NCBI GenBank assembly: GCA_964606745.1
Contig: CAZSHJ010000004.1
Location: 1-61,227, forward strand
Length of the DNA: 61,227 nt
Direction: 5' to 3'
From: an uncultured Thermoplasmatales archaeon
GTDB lineage: Archaea > Thermoplasmatota > E2 > UBA202 > DSCA01
Within the stretch, counting starts at the first letter, position 1; every line of letters starts with the position of its first letter. This document shows positions 1 through 10,122 of this stretch, piece by piece. The notes beneath the pieces are model-generated. The model saw only the letters and a program-made list of their open reading frames with translations, ran no database searches and was not told where the DNA came from. A program made the position numbers and the translations under genes.

Positions 1-4
1 TACT

Positions 5-214
5 TCAGAAAGTGAATCGCTGCTCAAAATCGTTATTACGCAAGAGGTCTATTATGTCCAGTTTTTTCGCCACTTCCTTAAATGCTTCCCTACATTTTTT
101 CATAACTATCACATCTATGAATACATCGCGCCTGTACTTTGGCGTGAATTGCAAATGGTAGTTGCTCAGGCCAACCGAGTGCCTACTGTGAACTAATTCA
201 TTCATTTTTTTCAC
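5..214 (-). pseudogene. tnpA: IS200/IS605 Y1 transposase TnpA, 5' fragment
   Basis: HSRHSVGLSNYHLQFTPKYRRDVF matches the TnpA N-terminus; the ORF diverges after KLDII and stops before the HUH motif and catalytic Tyr. Confidence 0.75.
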
Positions 215-305
215 CTAATATTTTTATATAGCCCAAGCTAATTACAGCCATGTTCTGGTTGGGCTTGGGACAATATATCAGCCAGAATGCAATAAAAAGT
301 GTTGT

Positions 306-357
306 GGAGTAATTCATCTCTGGGCTAAAGCCCAGAGGGTTCTTACTCCGTCTTGAC
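306..357. mobile_element. IS200/IS605-type terminal hairpin
   Basis: CTCTGGGCT-AA-AGCCCAGAG (318-337) within outer GGAGTAA/TTACTCC arms (306-312/343-349), ending in TTGAC; lies next to the tnpA fragment. Confidence 0.7.
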
Positions 358-564
358 TAAATTCCAAAGGAAATGCAGGATGAAAAATAATTTAAGTATA
401 TCTATGCGGGATTATCAGCATTTCGGGCATTTGACGCTAAACAGGAGAAAAAATGAAAGCCAAATACTTAACTTTGCCATTTTACCTTTTTCACACTAAC
501 GAAACTGCCATGGCATAGTTCGCCATTTGCGGTTTTATGTCATTTTACCACCTCAAATTAAGGC

Positions 565-723
565 TTTAAAATAAATCCAGATGCGAAAATCTGGGGTTAC
601 ACCGCATGGAATGATACGTTATGGGCTGAGAAACTGAAGGATACCGGTGTAAAAAAGATTGTGAAACGCCTTGTGCCCTTCAAAGAATTCGCAGAAATGG
701 TGAAGGATTTTCTGGAAGGATAA
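565..723 (+). pseudogene. Orphan 3' fragment resembling the C-terminal half of a receiver (CheY-like) domain
   Basis: My translation: FKINPDAKIWGYTAWNDTLWAEKLKDTGVKKIVKRLVPFKEFAEMVKDFLEG*; an in-frame stop lies upstream and there is no start codon. Confidence 0.3.
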
Positions 724-846
724 CCTCTCTTACTGTCATATGCTTCAAACGTCATGATGCAGATTGTTTTACAAATGAAAAAACCGGTATGACAAGGCGG
801 TTCACTCCGAATAACTATTTAACTTTATTTTGAATTATCCATTGGA

Positions 847-1710
847 ATGAACAGTAAAAATGTGGGCGTTCTGGCCATACTGTGTGCCAGCATGATGTGG
901 GCGGTAGAACCTGTACTCGCAAAGATGGCATATCGGAGTTCCGACTTTCTTCACACCTCGGCGATAAGGGCTTTTGTTGTCACTGGTGTGGCACTTGCAT
1001 ATATAGTTATAAAAAGGGTGAATCCCCGAATAAAAAAACAGCAGCTCTCGGTGGTGGTTTATATAGGAGTGGTCGGAACGCTCTTTGCAGACCTCATATA
1101 TTTTTTTGCCATGACAAAAATTCCGGTGGTAAATGCAGTGTTGATAGGTCACATGCAACCCATATTCATCATACTCATAGGGTTTCTTCTGCTTAGAGGG
1201 GACAAACTGACAAGATTTGACTATGCCGGCATCATGCTTATGATGCTGTCCGGGTTGGTGGTAACAACCGGAACACTGGATAACTTTATGTCCCTCAAAT
1301 TCGGAAGTACCGAGGATTTGATGGTGCTGTCGGCAACGGTAGCATGGGCAACGGCAGCCATAGCGGTGAGGAAATATCTTGGGGGCACAAACTCCGGCGT
1401 TATCACGTTCTACAGGTTTTTGCTCGCTTCCGTGGTTTTTGCAATCTATCTGGGCCTGACCTCCGAAATCGCCATTGCAAATATATACCAGGTTCTGGTA
1501 GGGGTTGTCGTGAGTGTGGGGACAATTCTTTACTACGAGGGGCTTAAACTTATCAAGGCAGCACAGGTCTCGGCCCTTGAACTTTCGGCACCTTTCTTTG
1601 CAGCCATCCTTGCGTTCTTCATCCTGGAGGAGCTGCTTACACCGATGCAGATTGCAGGCATGCTCCTGCTTTTTTCAGGTGTGTACTATCTCTCCATGAA
1701 GGAGGAATGA
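847..1710 (+). CDS. DMT/EamA family transporter
   Basis: 287 aa, about 10 TM helices in two EamA-like halves (LIGHMQPIF, ELSAPFFAAILAFFILEE). Confidence 0.9.
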   Translation: MNSKNVGVLAILCASMMWAVEPVLAKMAYRSSDFLHTSAIRAFVVTGVALAYIVIKRVNPRIKKQQLSVVVYIGVVGTLFADLIYFFAMTKIPVVNAVLIGHMQPIFIILIGFLLLRGDKLTRFDYAGIMLMMLSGLVVTTGTLDNFMSLKFGSTEDLMVLSATVAWATAAIAVRKYLGGTNSGVITFYRFLLASVVFAIYLGLTSEIAIANIYQVLVGVVVSVGTILYYEGLKLIKAAQVSALELSAPFFAAILAFFILEELLTPMQIAGMLLLFSGVYYLSMKEE

Positions 1711-1733
1711 TAAATAAAAACATTTGCGGCATT

Positions 1734-3395
1734 CTACATTCCAGGGCATTCCCTTGCAATCTCTTCATCAATGTTTTTGTTGCCGTATGCCTTTTCAAAA
1801 TGTTTTCTGAAGTCATCTGCCACTTTCCCGGCACGCTCGTCATATTTTTCCTTGTCATCCCAGGTGTTCCTCGGCCATAGCAACTCGCTTGACACACCGG
1901 GGCATTCCTTTGGCACCATCACCTTGAAGAATTTATGCATTTCATATGCAACGCCTTCCAGTTTTCCACTCAACGCAGCATCCACCATCGCTCTTGTATA
2001 ATCAATGTCTATGCGTTTCCCCGTGCCGTAAGGTCCTCCTGTCCAGCCCGTGTTGATGAGGTAAACGTTTGTACCGTACTTTTCCATCCTTTCTCCCAGC
2101 ATGCCGGCATACACGTCAGGATTGCAGGGCATGAACGGTTCGCCGAAGAAACGTGAGAATACGGACACCGGCTCGTCTATTCCCGTTTCTGTGCCTGCGA
2201 GCTTGCTGGTGTAACCCATCAAAAACCAGAGCATTGCCTGTTTCCGGTTAAGTTTTGCCACAGGAGGAATAACTCCGTTTGCATCGGCGGTGAGAAATAG
2301 AATTGTTCTCGGATGTCCCGCCTTCGAAGATGATTTGATGTTGGTAAGATATATCAGGGGGTAGGATGCCCTTGAATTCTGCGTGAGTCTGCCGTCGAAG
2401 AAGTCCAACTCCCCGTTCGGATACATCATCGCATTTTCAATTATCGCCCCGTGCTCCCCCCAGTCGTCCTCATGCATGACCGCATTGTATATCTCCGGCT
2501 CCTTCTCTTTCCTTATGTCTATCATCTTGGCGTAGCATCCGTTCTCGAAGTTGGCAATGCCGTCATCTCCCCATCCGTGTTCATCATCTCCCAGCAAGGC
2601 CCGCCGCGGGTCGGCCGACAGCGTCGTCTTTCCGGTCCCTGACAGCCCGAGCAGGAGGGCAGAGCCACCTCCCCCGTCGTTTGCGGAGCAGTGAAGGGGG
2701 AGTATGCCCTTTTCGGGCAGCAGGCAGTTCATAACCGTGAACATAAGTTTTTTTACAGACCCCCCGTAAGCGGAACCGTAAACAAGCCCTATCTTATTAT
2801 CGAAATCCATCGCCACCAGCATGTTGGACGTTCTGCCATCCCGGAGTTTCCGCAGCCTTCCTTCATATCTTTTTCTATCCAGTTTGTCGTAAGGGAGGGT
2901 TATGAGAATGAATTCATCATGGAATACACTATTTTTTATATCACCCGGAGCAGGGCGGAACATGTTGTCGGTGAAAAGTGCGGTCAATGATTGGTCGGTA
3001 ACTGTCCTGACGAGCAGTGCCCATGCAGGGTTGGCCCCTATGCTTCTGTCCGTGACATATATGTATTTCTTGTTTTCCAGAGTCACGAGGGCATCGTGAA
3101 GAGCCATTTCGAATGTCTCGGGGTCGAGAGGTATGTTGTTCGGTGAGTCCCAGTCTATATTACCCTCGCTTTCGGGACGACGGACAATCATTGTATCCTT
3201 GGGGCTTCTCCCCGTGGACTCAGTAGGTGTCCAAGTTGCAAGCGCCCCGTTTCTGGATATGAAACATTCCTTGTTTGCAACGGCAGCCTCTATCATGTCT
3301 CTTCTTGAAATATTGTCCATGACGTTGCAGTGTTTATTAAAAATGCTATCCAGTTTTTTCCTGAATTCATCAATGCTGACTTTTCCTTCTGTCAT
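1734..3395 (-). CDS. pckA: Phosphoenolpyruvate carboxykinase (ATP)
   Basis: YGGSVKK, PLHCSAN, GLSGTGKTTLSADP, LLGDDEHGW, ENGCYAK, TQNSRASYP motifs; likely start MTEGKV (ATG at 3395) rather than 3551. Confidence 0.95.
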   Translation of the reverse strand: MTEGKVSIDEFRKKLDSIFNKHCNVMDNISRRDMIEAAVANKECFISRNGALATWTPTESTGRSPKDTMIVRRPESEGNIDWDSPNNIPLDPETFEMALHDALVTLENKKYIYVTDRSIGANPAWALLVRTVTDQSLTALFTDNMFRPAPGDIKNSVFHDEFILITLPYDKLDRKRYEGRLRKLRDGRTSNMLVAMDFDNKIGLVYGSAYGGSVKKLMFTVMNCLLPEKGILPLHCSANDGGGGSALLLGLSGTGKTTLSADPRRALLGDDEHGWGDDGIANFENGCYAKMIDIRKEKEPEIYNAVMHEDDWGEHGAIIENAMMYPNGELDFFDGRLTQNSRASYPLIYLTNIKSSSKAGHPRTILFLTADANGVIPPVAKLNRKQAMLWFLMGYTSKLAGTETGIDEPVSVFSRFFGEPFMPCNPDVYAGMLGERMEKYGTNVYLINTGWTGGPYGTGKRIDIDYTRAMVDAALSGKLEGVAYEMHKFFKVMVPKECPGVSSELLWPRNTWDDKEKYDERAGKVADDFRKHFEKAYGNKNIDEEIARECPGM

Positions 3396-3647
3396 GTGAA
3401 ACACAGTTGGCTGAAAGAGAAAGATGCGTATAAATGTTTGGGAAAAATAATAGTTAATATCCCCAGCTAAAGATTTGTGAGAAAGATTGATTGTTTTCAA
3501 TGTTGCAACATTAAAGCTCAAAAAAATCCTTTTTTGCCTCATATGCCTCAATGGCGATATTGTAAAATTTGATTAATGATTCATAACTTCTAAATTTGCA
3601 TCTATTTTTCATTTCCAGAAAAGGATGTTTTTCCCCGCATGTCCGCA

Positions 3648-3904
3648 TTATAATCTCCGATAGATATTCTTTCTGTGACCAATAAATATAATTTCTATCT
3701 TTTTGCCATCTTCATCTATGCTATACAAAATTCTATAATCACCGACTCTAAGCACCCACAAACTGATTCCCGTCAGTTGTTTTCCAAAATGCTTTGGTCT
3801 TTCCCTTAATTTCAAAATACTTTTCAGTATTGACTCTGAAAATGTTTTATCCAGTTTTCCCAAGTATTTACTGCTTTCTCGTCAAAAAGTACTCTATAAC
3901 TCAT
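3648..3904 (-). pseudogene. relE: RelE/ParE-family toxin split by a 1-bp frameshift
   Basis: C-terminal part has WVLRVGDYRILY and IGHRKNIY; the N-terminus MSYRVLFDEKAV starts at ATG 3904 (overlapping the antitoxin stop) one base out of frame, with the break at a T3 run at 3867-3869. Confidence 0.8.
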
Positions 3905-4088
3905 CTTTACCCAGGATATCTTTTGTAGCTTCCTCCAGTTCTATTCCTTTTCCATTGGATAGCCTCTCTCTCGCTTCTTTAATTTTTTCCAATAACTCCA
4001 GAGTTGAGAGTATTGCAATATTCTCCTTCAGATGCTCAACCTTCTCTCTCAATTCATGAAATTCCTTTCTTGTAATCGCTTCAGGCAT
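3894..4088 (-). CDS. Putative antitoxin of the RelE pair
   Basis: 64 aa acidic coiled protein directly upstream of the toxin, overlapping it by 11 nt; C-terminus resembles Phd/RelB antitoxins. Confidence 0.7.
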   Translation of the reverse strand: MPEAITRKEFHELREKVEHLKENIAILSTLELLEKIKEARERLSNGKGIELEEATKDILGKDEL

Positions 4089-4209
4089 GAATTTATATTT
4101 GGAAGTGAATAATAAAACTTTGCCTTTTTCTTTTTAACATTGAAACATTAATCAGGGATGTGATGAAGATTTACGGAAAGGATTGATTGAAGTTTGAATC
4201 TCGGTGAAA

Positions 4210-4980
4210 CTACCCAATTATCTTGTATTCTCCCTTACCGAGAAATTTCAGAATGCCTTTATCCCTAAGAATTTGCAACTGCTGTCTTATCTTCGGTTTA
4301 ACGTGTTTATTCTTCGGGTGCGTCTTTCTTAACTCATCTTCAAAGCTGTATATCTCATCTAATGTGAACTCTGCCTTTTCCAAATTTCTCACACATGAAA
4401 GCACATCGGTCAGCCAGCCCTTTGAAGAAACGGATATTTCTCTAAGGAAGGAGAAACGCTTCCATGATTTCCTAACAATTTCTTCAGGTACTATAAAGCC
4501 GTTGTTAACTATGCCTATTCTTGCATCGATAGGCAGTCTTCCCAAGAGAATATTGGAACCAATCCATCCTGCCCTTCTTGCATTGGGGCTCAAAGCCTTT
4601 CTTTTTTCGATTATCTCTGGTGAAACGAAATGTTTTGGAATGACAATGATATCCTCGACAGCCATACTGTTTCGGTCATAATGCATGAAAACAAAATTTG
4701 GGGCAGTCCCGTTCTTAATGGCATCAATCTTTGGCTTATAAGCAGAATCCATGACCCTGAAACCAAATGAATGACTCATGCTTTTCATCTGGTAGCGTTC
4801 GCCACAATCAGGGCAAACAAAATCAACAACCTTTTCATTTGGTGGGGTGCATTCCAGAAAGTTAGATGGACAGGCGGGGCAATACATATTATCCTCAAAC
4901 CATTTTTCAGTTATCACTCTGGCTTTTTGTGAAGGGCTTTTGTAATTCTCTGCAATTTCTGGTTTTAGCAGGAGTTCCAT
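4210..4980 (-). CDS. DpnI-like (Dam-replacing family) methylation-dependent restriction endonuclease
   Basis: SQKARVITE, YCPAC...DFVCPDCGERYQMKS zinc/PD-(D/E)XK region, RRAGWIGSNI, C-terminal wHTH HPKNKHVKPKIRQQLQILRDKG. Confidence 0.9.
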   Translation of the reverse strand: MELLLKPEIAENYKSPSQKARVITEKWFEDNMYCPACPSNFLECTPPNEKVVDFVCPDCGERYQMKSMSHSFGFRVMDSAYKPKIDAIKNGTAPNFVFMHYDRNSMAVEDIIVIPKHFVSPEIIEKRKALSPNARRAGWIGSNILLGRLPIDARIGIVNNGFIVPEEIVRKSWKRFSFLREISVSSKGWLTDVLSCVRNLEKAEFTLDEIYSFEDELRKTHPKNKHVKPKIRQQLQILRDKGILKFLGKGEYKIIG

Positions 4981-5143
4981 TATATGTGGAATGAAATGAA
5001 ATGATCTAAACTTTTCGTTTAAAAATATACTTACAACTTACTTACACACTGTTGTAACTATCTTTATTTCTTAAATCCATATATGATGGAAAGTGCCTCC
5101 ACTTTTATCAACTCCCCCCTCACAGCATACAAAATATCATAAA

Positions 5144-6067
5144 ATGTGTGAGGTCACTGAACAAGATTTCAAACGTTTTATTAGATTACATAACAAAATT
5201 ATATTTTCTAGTGGAGTTAAATCAAAACCTGTCATAATTAAAATCGGTCAGAAAAAGAAAATCAAAAAATTTCAGCCGGAAAATTTTGAACTGGAAGGAA
5301 CGAATGTATGGTCATATCCCAAAAGAGGAGATTGGGCAACTCATAAAGGGGATTACCGGGGGAACTGGCCTCCCCAGATGGTGAGAAATATATTGTTGCG
5401 ATATTCGAAGAAGGAAGATGTTGTGCTGGATCAGATGGTTGGTTCTGGAACAACTCTCGTAGAGTGCAAACTACTCGGAAGGAGCGGGATTGGCATTGAT
5501 ATAAACAAAAACTGCGTAATACTCACCCGTGACAGATTGAACTTTCGTTACACGGCACTTGATTATGATTCCGAGGAGACATCTCAGAAAACTTATGTCG
5601 GAGATGCGAGAAAATTGAATTTGATAAAAAAGAATTCGATTGATTTGATTGCAACCCACCCTCCTTATGCCAATATTATCCCTTACTCAAAAAAAAAACT
5701 TGAGGGCGATTTATCCAACGAATACAGCATTGATGGATTTATTGAGGATATGAAAAAAGTTGCCAAGGAATCATTCAGGGTTTTAAATCCAGATCATTAC
5801 TGTGCTATTCTGATTGGGGATACAAGGAGAAAGAAGCATCATGTACCTATTGCATTCAGGGTTATGCAGACATTTCTGGATGCCGGATTCATTCTGAAGG
5901 AGGATGTCATCAAGCATCAGTGGAGATGCAAATCCACCCCATTCTGGCTGAAGAGATCCATCGAGTATAATTTTCTTCTGCTAATGCATGAGCATCTTTT
6001 TGTGTTCAGAAAACCGAAAAATAAGGAGAAGGTAATGGATTTTGAAGATTCCGTCAAATGGTGGTAA
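5144..6067 (+). CDS. Amino (N4/N6) DNA methyltransferase, TRM11-like
   Basis: HKGDYRGNW, motif I LDQMVGSGTT, motif IV THPPY; start may be ATG 5144 or the ORF-track start 5093. Confidence 0.85.
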   Translation: MCEVTEQDFKRFIRLHNKIIFSSGVKSKPVIIKIGQKKKIKKFQPENFELEGTNVWSYPKRGDWATHKGDYRGNWPPQMVRNILLRYSKKEDVVLDQMVGSGTTLVECKLLGRSGIGIDINKNCVILTRDRLNFRYTALDYDSEETSQKTYVGDARKLNLIKKNSIDLIATHPPYANIIPYSKKKLEGDLSNEYSIDGFIEDMKKVAKESFRVLNPDHYCAILIGDTRRKKHHVPIAFRVMQTFLDAGFILKEDVIKHQWRCKSTPFWLKRSIEYNFLLLMHEHLFVFRKPKNKEKVMDFEDSVKWW

Positions 6068-6153
6068 ATTTTATCATAATAAATAGCATAATGAATATTG
6101 GCATATGTATTTCATCTTAGTTAACTTCAAATATCATTTACACATCTCATCTC

Positions 6154-6870
6154 ATGCCTGCCGTTGAGGTGCGCAATCTGGTAAGGGACTATGGAAAGGT
6201 AAGGGCGGTAAACGGCATTTCTTTCAGTGCCGATGAAGGAGAGATATTCGGGCTGATAGGACCCAACGGTGCAGGGAAAACAACCGTACTGCGAATAATC
6301 TCCACGCTTCTCCGGGTTACCGGTGGCGAGGTAAAAGTTTTCGGGCATGATGTGACTGAAGAAGCCGGCGAGGTCAGAAAGTTAATAAGTTACCTGCCGG
6401 AAGATGCAGGGGCATACAGGAATCTGACCGGGAGGGAATACCTTAGATTCATCGCAAGGTTTTTCGAGGTCGGAAAGAAGATGGATGAAATCATAGGCAG
6501 GGGAATAGAGATTGCCGACCTTGGAAAGAGGATAGATGACAAGGTTGAAGATTACAGCAAGGGCATGACACGCCGCCTCCTTGTGGCGAGAGCTCTCATG
6601 ATAGAGCCCGGACTTGCCATACTGGATGAGCCCACCTCCGGCCTGGATGTCATAAATGCCCAGGAGATAAGAAAAATAATCCAGAATACGGTCAGGCAGG
6701 GGACTACTGTTTTGCTGTCCTCTCACAACATGCTTGAAGTCGAGTTTCTCTGCGGCAGAATCGCACTGATGAATAACGGGGAAATAGTCGAGGAGGGAAG
6801 CCCCCCGGAACTAAGGGCGAGGTACGACGCGGCGAATATAGAGGAAGTTTTCACCGAGGTGGTAAGATGA
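6154..6870 (+). CDS. ABC transporter ATP-binding protein
   Basis: GPNGAGKTT, YSKGM signature, ILDEPT, SSH. Confidence 0.95.
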   Translation: MPAVEVRNLVRDYGKVRAVNGISFSADEGEIFGLIGPNGAGKTTVLRIISTLLRVTGGEVKVFGHDVTEEAGEVRKLISYLPEDAGAYRNLTGREYLRFIARFFEVGKKMDEIIGRGIEIADLGKRIDDKVEDYSKGMTRRLLVARALMIEPGLAILDEPTSGLDVINAQEIRKIIQNTVRQGTTVLLSSHNMLEVEFLCGRIALMNNGEIVEEGSPPELRARYDAANIEEVFTEVVR

Positions 6871-8126
6871 ATCACCTTCTGAATATAGTAAAGAAGGAGG
6901 TCAGGGAACTGCTTACGCCGGCAACGATTATCCCGATAGTCGTTATGACTCTTGTTTTCGGCGGCATGGGAAGCATGATCGGGGGGGCGGCAGCGGTGGC
7001 AAAAGAAAAGCCCGTCATCGGCATCATAAACGGGGATGAAGGAATCTTCTCGGATATCGTAGACGAAACAATCAGGAACCTGTCGGCGGTTGTCTATAAC
7101 GGCACATCCGGGGATGTGGACGAGGGAGTAGAAACCGTAAAGGAAAAAGGAGGAGTGGCCCTCATCATCGTGTCTTCCAATTTCAGCGATAGCATATTCC
7201 AAAACAAGTCGGGAGAGATAGAAATCTACTGGATAATGAGGGGAGCGGGAATCATGGATTCAATCTCATCGGGCGTTGTCGATGGAATTCTGCGGGAGGC
7301 GAACGGAAAAATCTCAATGAAGTTGATAGAGAAAGGTGATGTGAATGCAACCTTTGCATTGTCTCCCACCAGAAGGAACGAGACAACGATTTTCAAGGGA
7401 AAGGAAATGCAGGGCATATCCCCGGGCACGATAAGTGCCATGCTCTCCTCCCAGTCCACGATGGTTCCAATAATAATGATGATAATTATCATGATGGCGG
7501 GAGGTATGGTCATCTCCTCGATGGGGCTGGAAAAGGAAAACAAAACGCTTGAAACATTGCTCACCCTGCCCGTGAAGCGGAGTTCAATCGTTGCGGGCAA
7601 GATAGCAGGCAGTGCCATCGTTGGCCTGCTCATGGCAGTCATATACATGGTGGGTTTCAAATATTATCTTACGTCCTTCGAGGTTTCTGGAAACGTGAAT
7701 CTGGCTGACTACGGACTCACGCTGGACGCATGGGATTACCTGCTCATCGGAATATCCCTGTTTCTTGCTCTCACCGCTGCGCTGTCGCTCTGCATGGTTC
7801 TGGGCACATTCGCAAAGAACTACAAGAGTGCACAGACGCTGACCGTTCCTGTTTCCATTCTTGCAATCATCCCGATGTTCATGATTATGTTCAAGGATTT
7901 TTCCACCCTGCCCCTCGCCCTCAGAATCGTCCTGTTTGCAATCCCATTCTCCCATCCGATGATGGCAATGCGTTCCCTTATGTTCGGTGACTACCCGCTC
8001 GTCATTTCCGGAATTGCATATGTGACGATTTTTGCCCTTGTAATGATTGCAATAGCCGTACGGATTTTCAAGACCGACCGGCTGCTCACGGGCACCATAT
8101 CAAATCCCCTGAAGAAAAGGCGGTAA
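6867..8126 (+). CDS. ABC-2 type permease (NatB-like)
   Basis: IVKKEVRELL, GLEKENKTLETLLTLPV, multiple TMs; overlaps the ATPase by 4 nt. Confidence 0.9.
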   Translation: MNHLLNIVKKEVRELLTPATIIPIVVMTLVFGGMGSMIGGAAAVAKEKPVIGIINGDEGIFSDIVDETIRNLSAVVYNGTSGDVDEGVETVKEKGGVALIIVSSNFSDSIFQNKSGEIEIYWIMRGAGIMDSISSGVVDGILREANGKISMKLIEKGDVNATFALSPTRRNETTIFKGKEMQGISPGTISAMLSSQSTMVPIIMMIIIMMAGGMVISSMGLEKENKTLETLLTLPVKRSSIVAGKIAGSAIVGLLMAVIYMVGFKYYLTSFEVSGNVNLADYGLTLDAWDYLLIGISLFLALTAALSLCMVLGTFAKNYKSAQTLTVPVSILAIIPMFMIMFKDFSTLPLALRIVLFAIPFSHPMMAMRSLMFGDYPLVISGIAYVTIFALVMIAIAVRIFKTDRLLTGTISNPLKKRR

Positions 8127-8149
8127 CCTTTTATTTTCCCTCAATTTCA

Positions 8150-8812
8150 TTGACCGTGCAGAATGAATGGGATATTATTGCCAGGGGCTTCGATAAGACA
8201 CGTCAGAGGCCATGGAAAGAGTGCCTTGATTTTGTTGAAGATAGGAACGGAAATGCCATCGATATCGCATGCGGAAACGGCCGCCATCTTATTCCGCTGG
8301 ACAGGAATGTTAAGGCGATCGGCATTGATATGTCACCCGAAATGGTGAAAATTGCCCGTGAAAATGTGAGAGGAGTCAACAGAAAAAACATTTCATTTGC
8401 CGTTGGAAATGCAGTTTATCTCCCGTTTAAACCCGGCACATTTGACTTTGCTCTCTTCATGGCAGGGCTGCACAATATAAGAAGCAGGAGTAACAGAATA
8501 AGGGCATTGAAGGAAGTGGGACGTGTGCTTAAGAATGACGGGGAGGCATTGATTTCGGTATGGTCGAAATGGCAGGACAGATGGAGAAAACATTTTTTGA
8601 AGGATTTGCTGATGCCGTGGAAAAAATCAGGGGATATCCATGTTCCGTGGGAAAGGGACGGGAAAAAGGTGATGCGATTCTACCACCTCTACGGCATGAT
8701 GGAATTGAAGGCGGATGTAAGGAAGGCGGGACTGAAAATCGTTAACGCATGGAGCGTGAAGAAAGCATCAAGGAAGCATGCCGATAATCACTTCATTATC
8801 GTCAGAAAGTAA
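8150..8812 (+). CDS. Class I SAM-dependent methyltransferase (Trm9/ALKBH8-like)
   Basis: FDKTRQRPW, DIACGNGRH, GIDMS, FYHLY motifs. Confidence 0.8.
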   Translation: MTVQNEWDIIARGFDKTRQRPWKECLDFVEDRNGNAIDIACGNGRHLIPLDRNVKAIGIDMSPEMVKIARENVRGVNRKNISFAVGNAVYLPFKPGTFDFALFMAGLHNIRSRSNRIRALKEVGRVLKNDGEALISVWSKWQDRWRKHFLKDLLMPWKKSGDIHVPWERDGKKVMRFYHLYGMMELKADVRKAGLKIVNAWSVKKASRKHADNHFIIVRK

Positions 8813-9191
8813 GGTTGAAAAAGAAAATGAATACAATCACCATTCCCACGGCCATCAGAATTAAAGCCAGCTTTTTGTCGGATGAAATAACCATAGGGAT
8901 GGGCCCTATCAAAATCAAACCTCCCATATGTTTTTCCTTTATCATTTCCTCTTTCGATGGCGGTTGCCATTCGTTTCTATATGTTTCTTCTTCTGTCATG
9001 TGAAACTGCGAAATCATGAATATAGGAAAGGAAAGAAATATTAGGATCATGCCGATGAACATGAGTGCACCCTCTCCGTAAATGAACGGAAAAATTATGA
9101 AAATGCCCATCTTTCCTTCCCCCATGGCAACGCCCGCAATGATGCATGCAATGCCGAAAATAAATGTAATGGCAGGTACTCTACTTTCCAT
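8802..9191 (-). CDS. DUF131/TIGR00304-family membrane protein
   Basis: GGLILIGPIP motif and GIFIIFPFIYG repeat. Confidence 0.75.
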   Translation of the reverse strand: MESRVPAITFIFGIACIIAGVAMGEGKMGIFIIFPFIYGEGALMFIGMILIFLSFPIFMISQFHMTEEETYRNEWQPPSKEEMIKEKHMGGLILIGPIPMVISSDKKLALILMAVGMVIVFIFFFNLTF

Positions 9192-10053
9192 ACCTCCTCT
9201 GCCTCTGCTGGTATGATTTGATGACTTCCAGAAAATCCGTCTTTTTCAAAGCGGGCCAGTAAATATCCGAGAAATAAAGCTCGGAATATGCAATCTGCCA
9301 CAGCAGAAAATTTGATATTCTTTCTTCCCCGGAAGTTCGCAGTATCAGGTCGGGGTCGTGGGTATCCGATGTATAAAGATATGATGAAATTACCTCTTTT
9401 TTTATGTCCTCCAGCATCATCTCGCCATTTTTCACCGCCCTTGCTATCTTCTTCACCGCCTCGACGATTTCCTCCCTCCCGCCGTATCCTATGGCTATAT
9501 TGAAGTAATGCTTGGTATAACGCTCGGTTGCATCCGTCACCTCCCGGGCTGCCTTTGCAACCCTCTCCGGAAGTTTTTCTATATCTCCTATTACCCTTAC
9601 CCTGACTTCATTTTCGTGGGTTCGCCTGTCGCCCGCCATTTTCTTCAAATCTTTTTCAAACATATCCATCAGGTGGTTCACTTCCTCATCGGGTCTGTTG
9701 AAATTGTCTGTTGAAAAGGCAAATACGGTAAGCCCCTCCACTCCCACTTCATGGCACCATCTTACCACGTCCTCCAGCTTGTCGCCGCCCATCCTATGGC
9801 CCTCATCCGGGTCCAGGCCTTGATAAAGTGCATATCTCCTGTTGCCATCCATTATGATTGCAAGATGGCGCGGGACAGGATGACGTTTGATTTCCTCCAT
9901 CATTTTCTTTGCCTTTATCCGTTCCATCTCCGAGTTCACGAGCCGGAATAGTTTGTTCTGCCTAATCTGGCGTATTATATTCCGGGCGAATTGAGTCTCT
10001 ATTGCCCTGTCGCCGAGTTCGGTGACTTTTTCCTTCACGTAACTCCTTTTCAT
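9181..10053 (-). CDS. uppS: cis-prenyltransferase (polyprenyl diphosphate synthase)
   Basis: HLAIIMDGNRR, FAFSTDNFNR, RTSGEERISNFLLWQ. Confidence 0.95.
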   Translation of the reverse strand: MKRSYVKEKVTELGDRAIETQFARNIIRQIRQNKLFRLVNSEMERIKAKKMMEEIKRHPVPRHLAIIMDGNRRYALYQGLDPDEGHRMGGDKLEDVVRWCHEVGVEGLTVFAFSTDNFNRPDEEVNHLMDMFEKDLKKMAGDRRTHENEVRVRVIGDIEKLPERVAKAAREVTDATERYTKHYFNIAIGYGGREEIVEAVKKIARAVKNGEMMLEDIKKEVISSYLYTSDTHDPDLILRTSGEERISNFLLWQIAYSELYFSDIYWPALKKTDFLEVIKSYQQRQRRYGK

Positions 10054-10122
10054 TGCACACTCCGATAAAAGATTGCGTTTAAATAGTTGCTGTTAATTTA
10101 AATACAGGACATCTTTACCATT

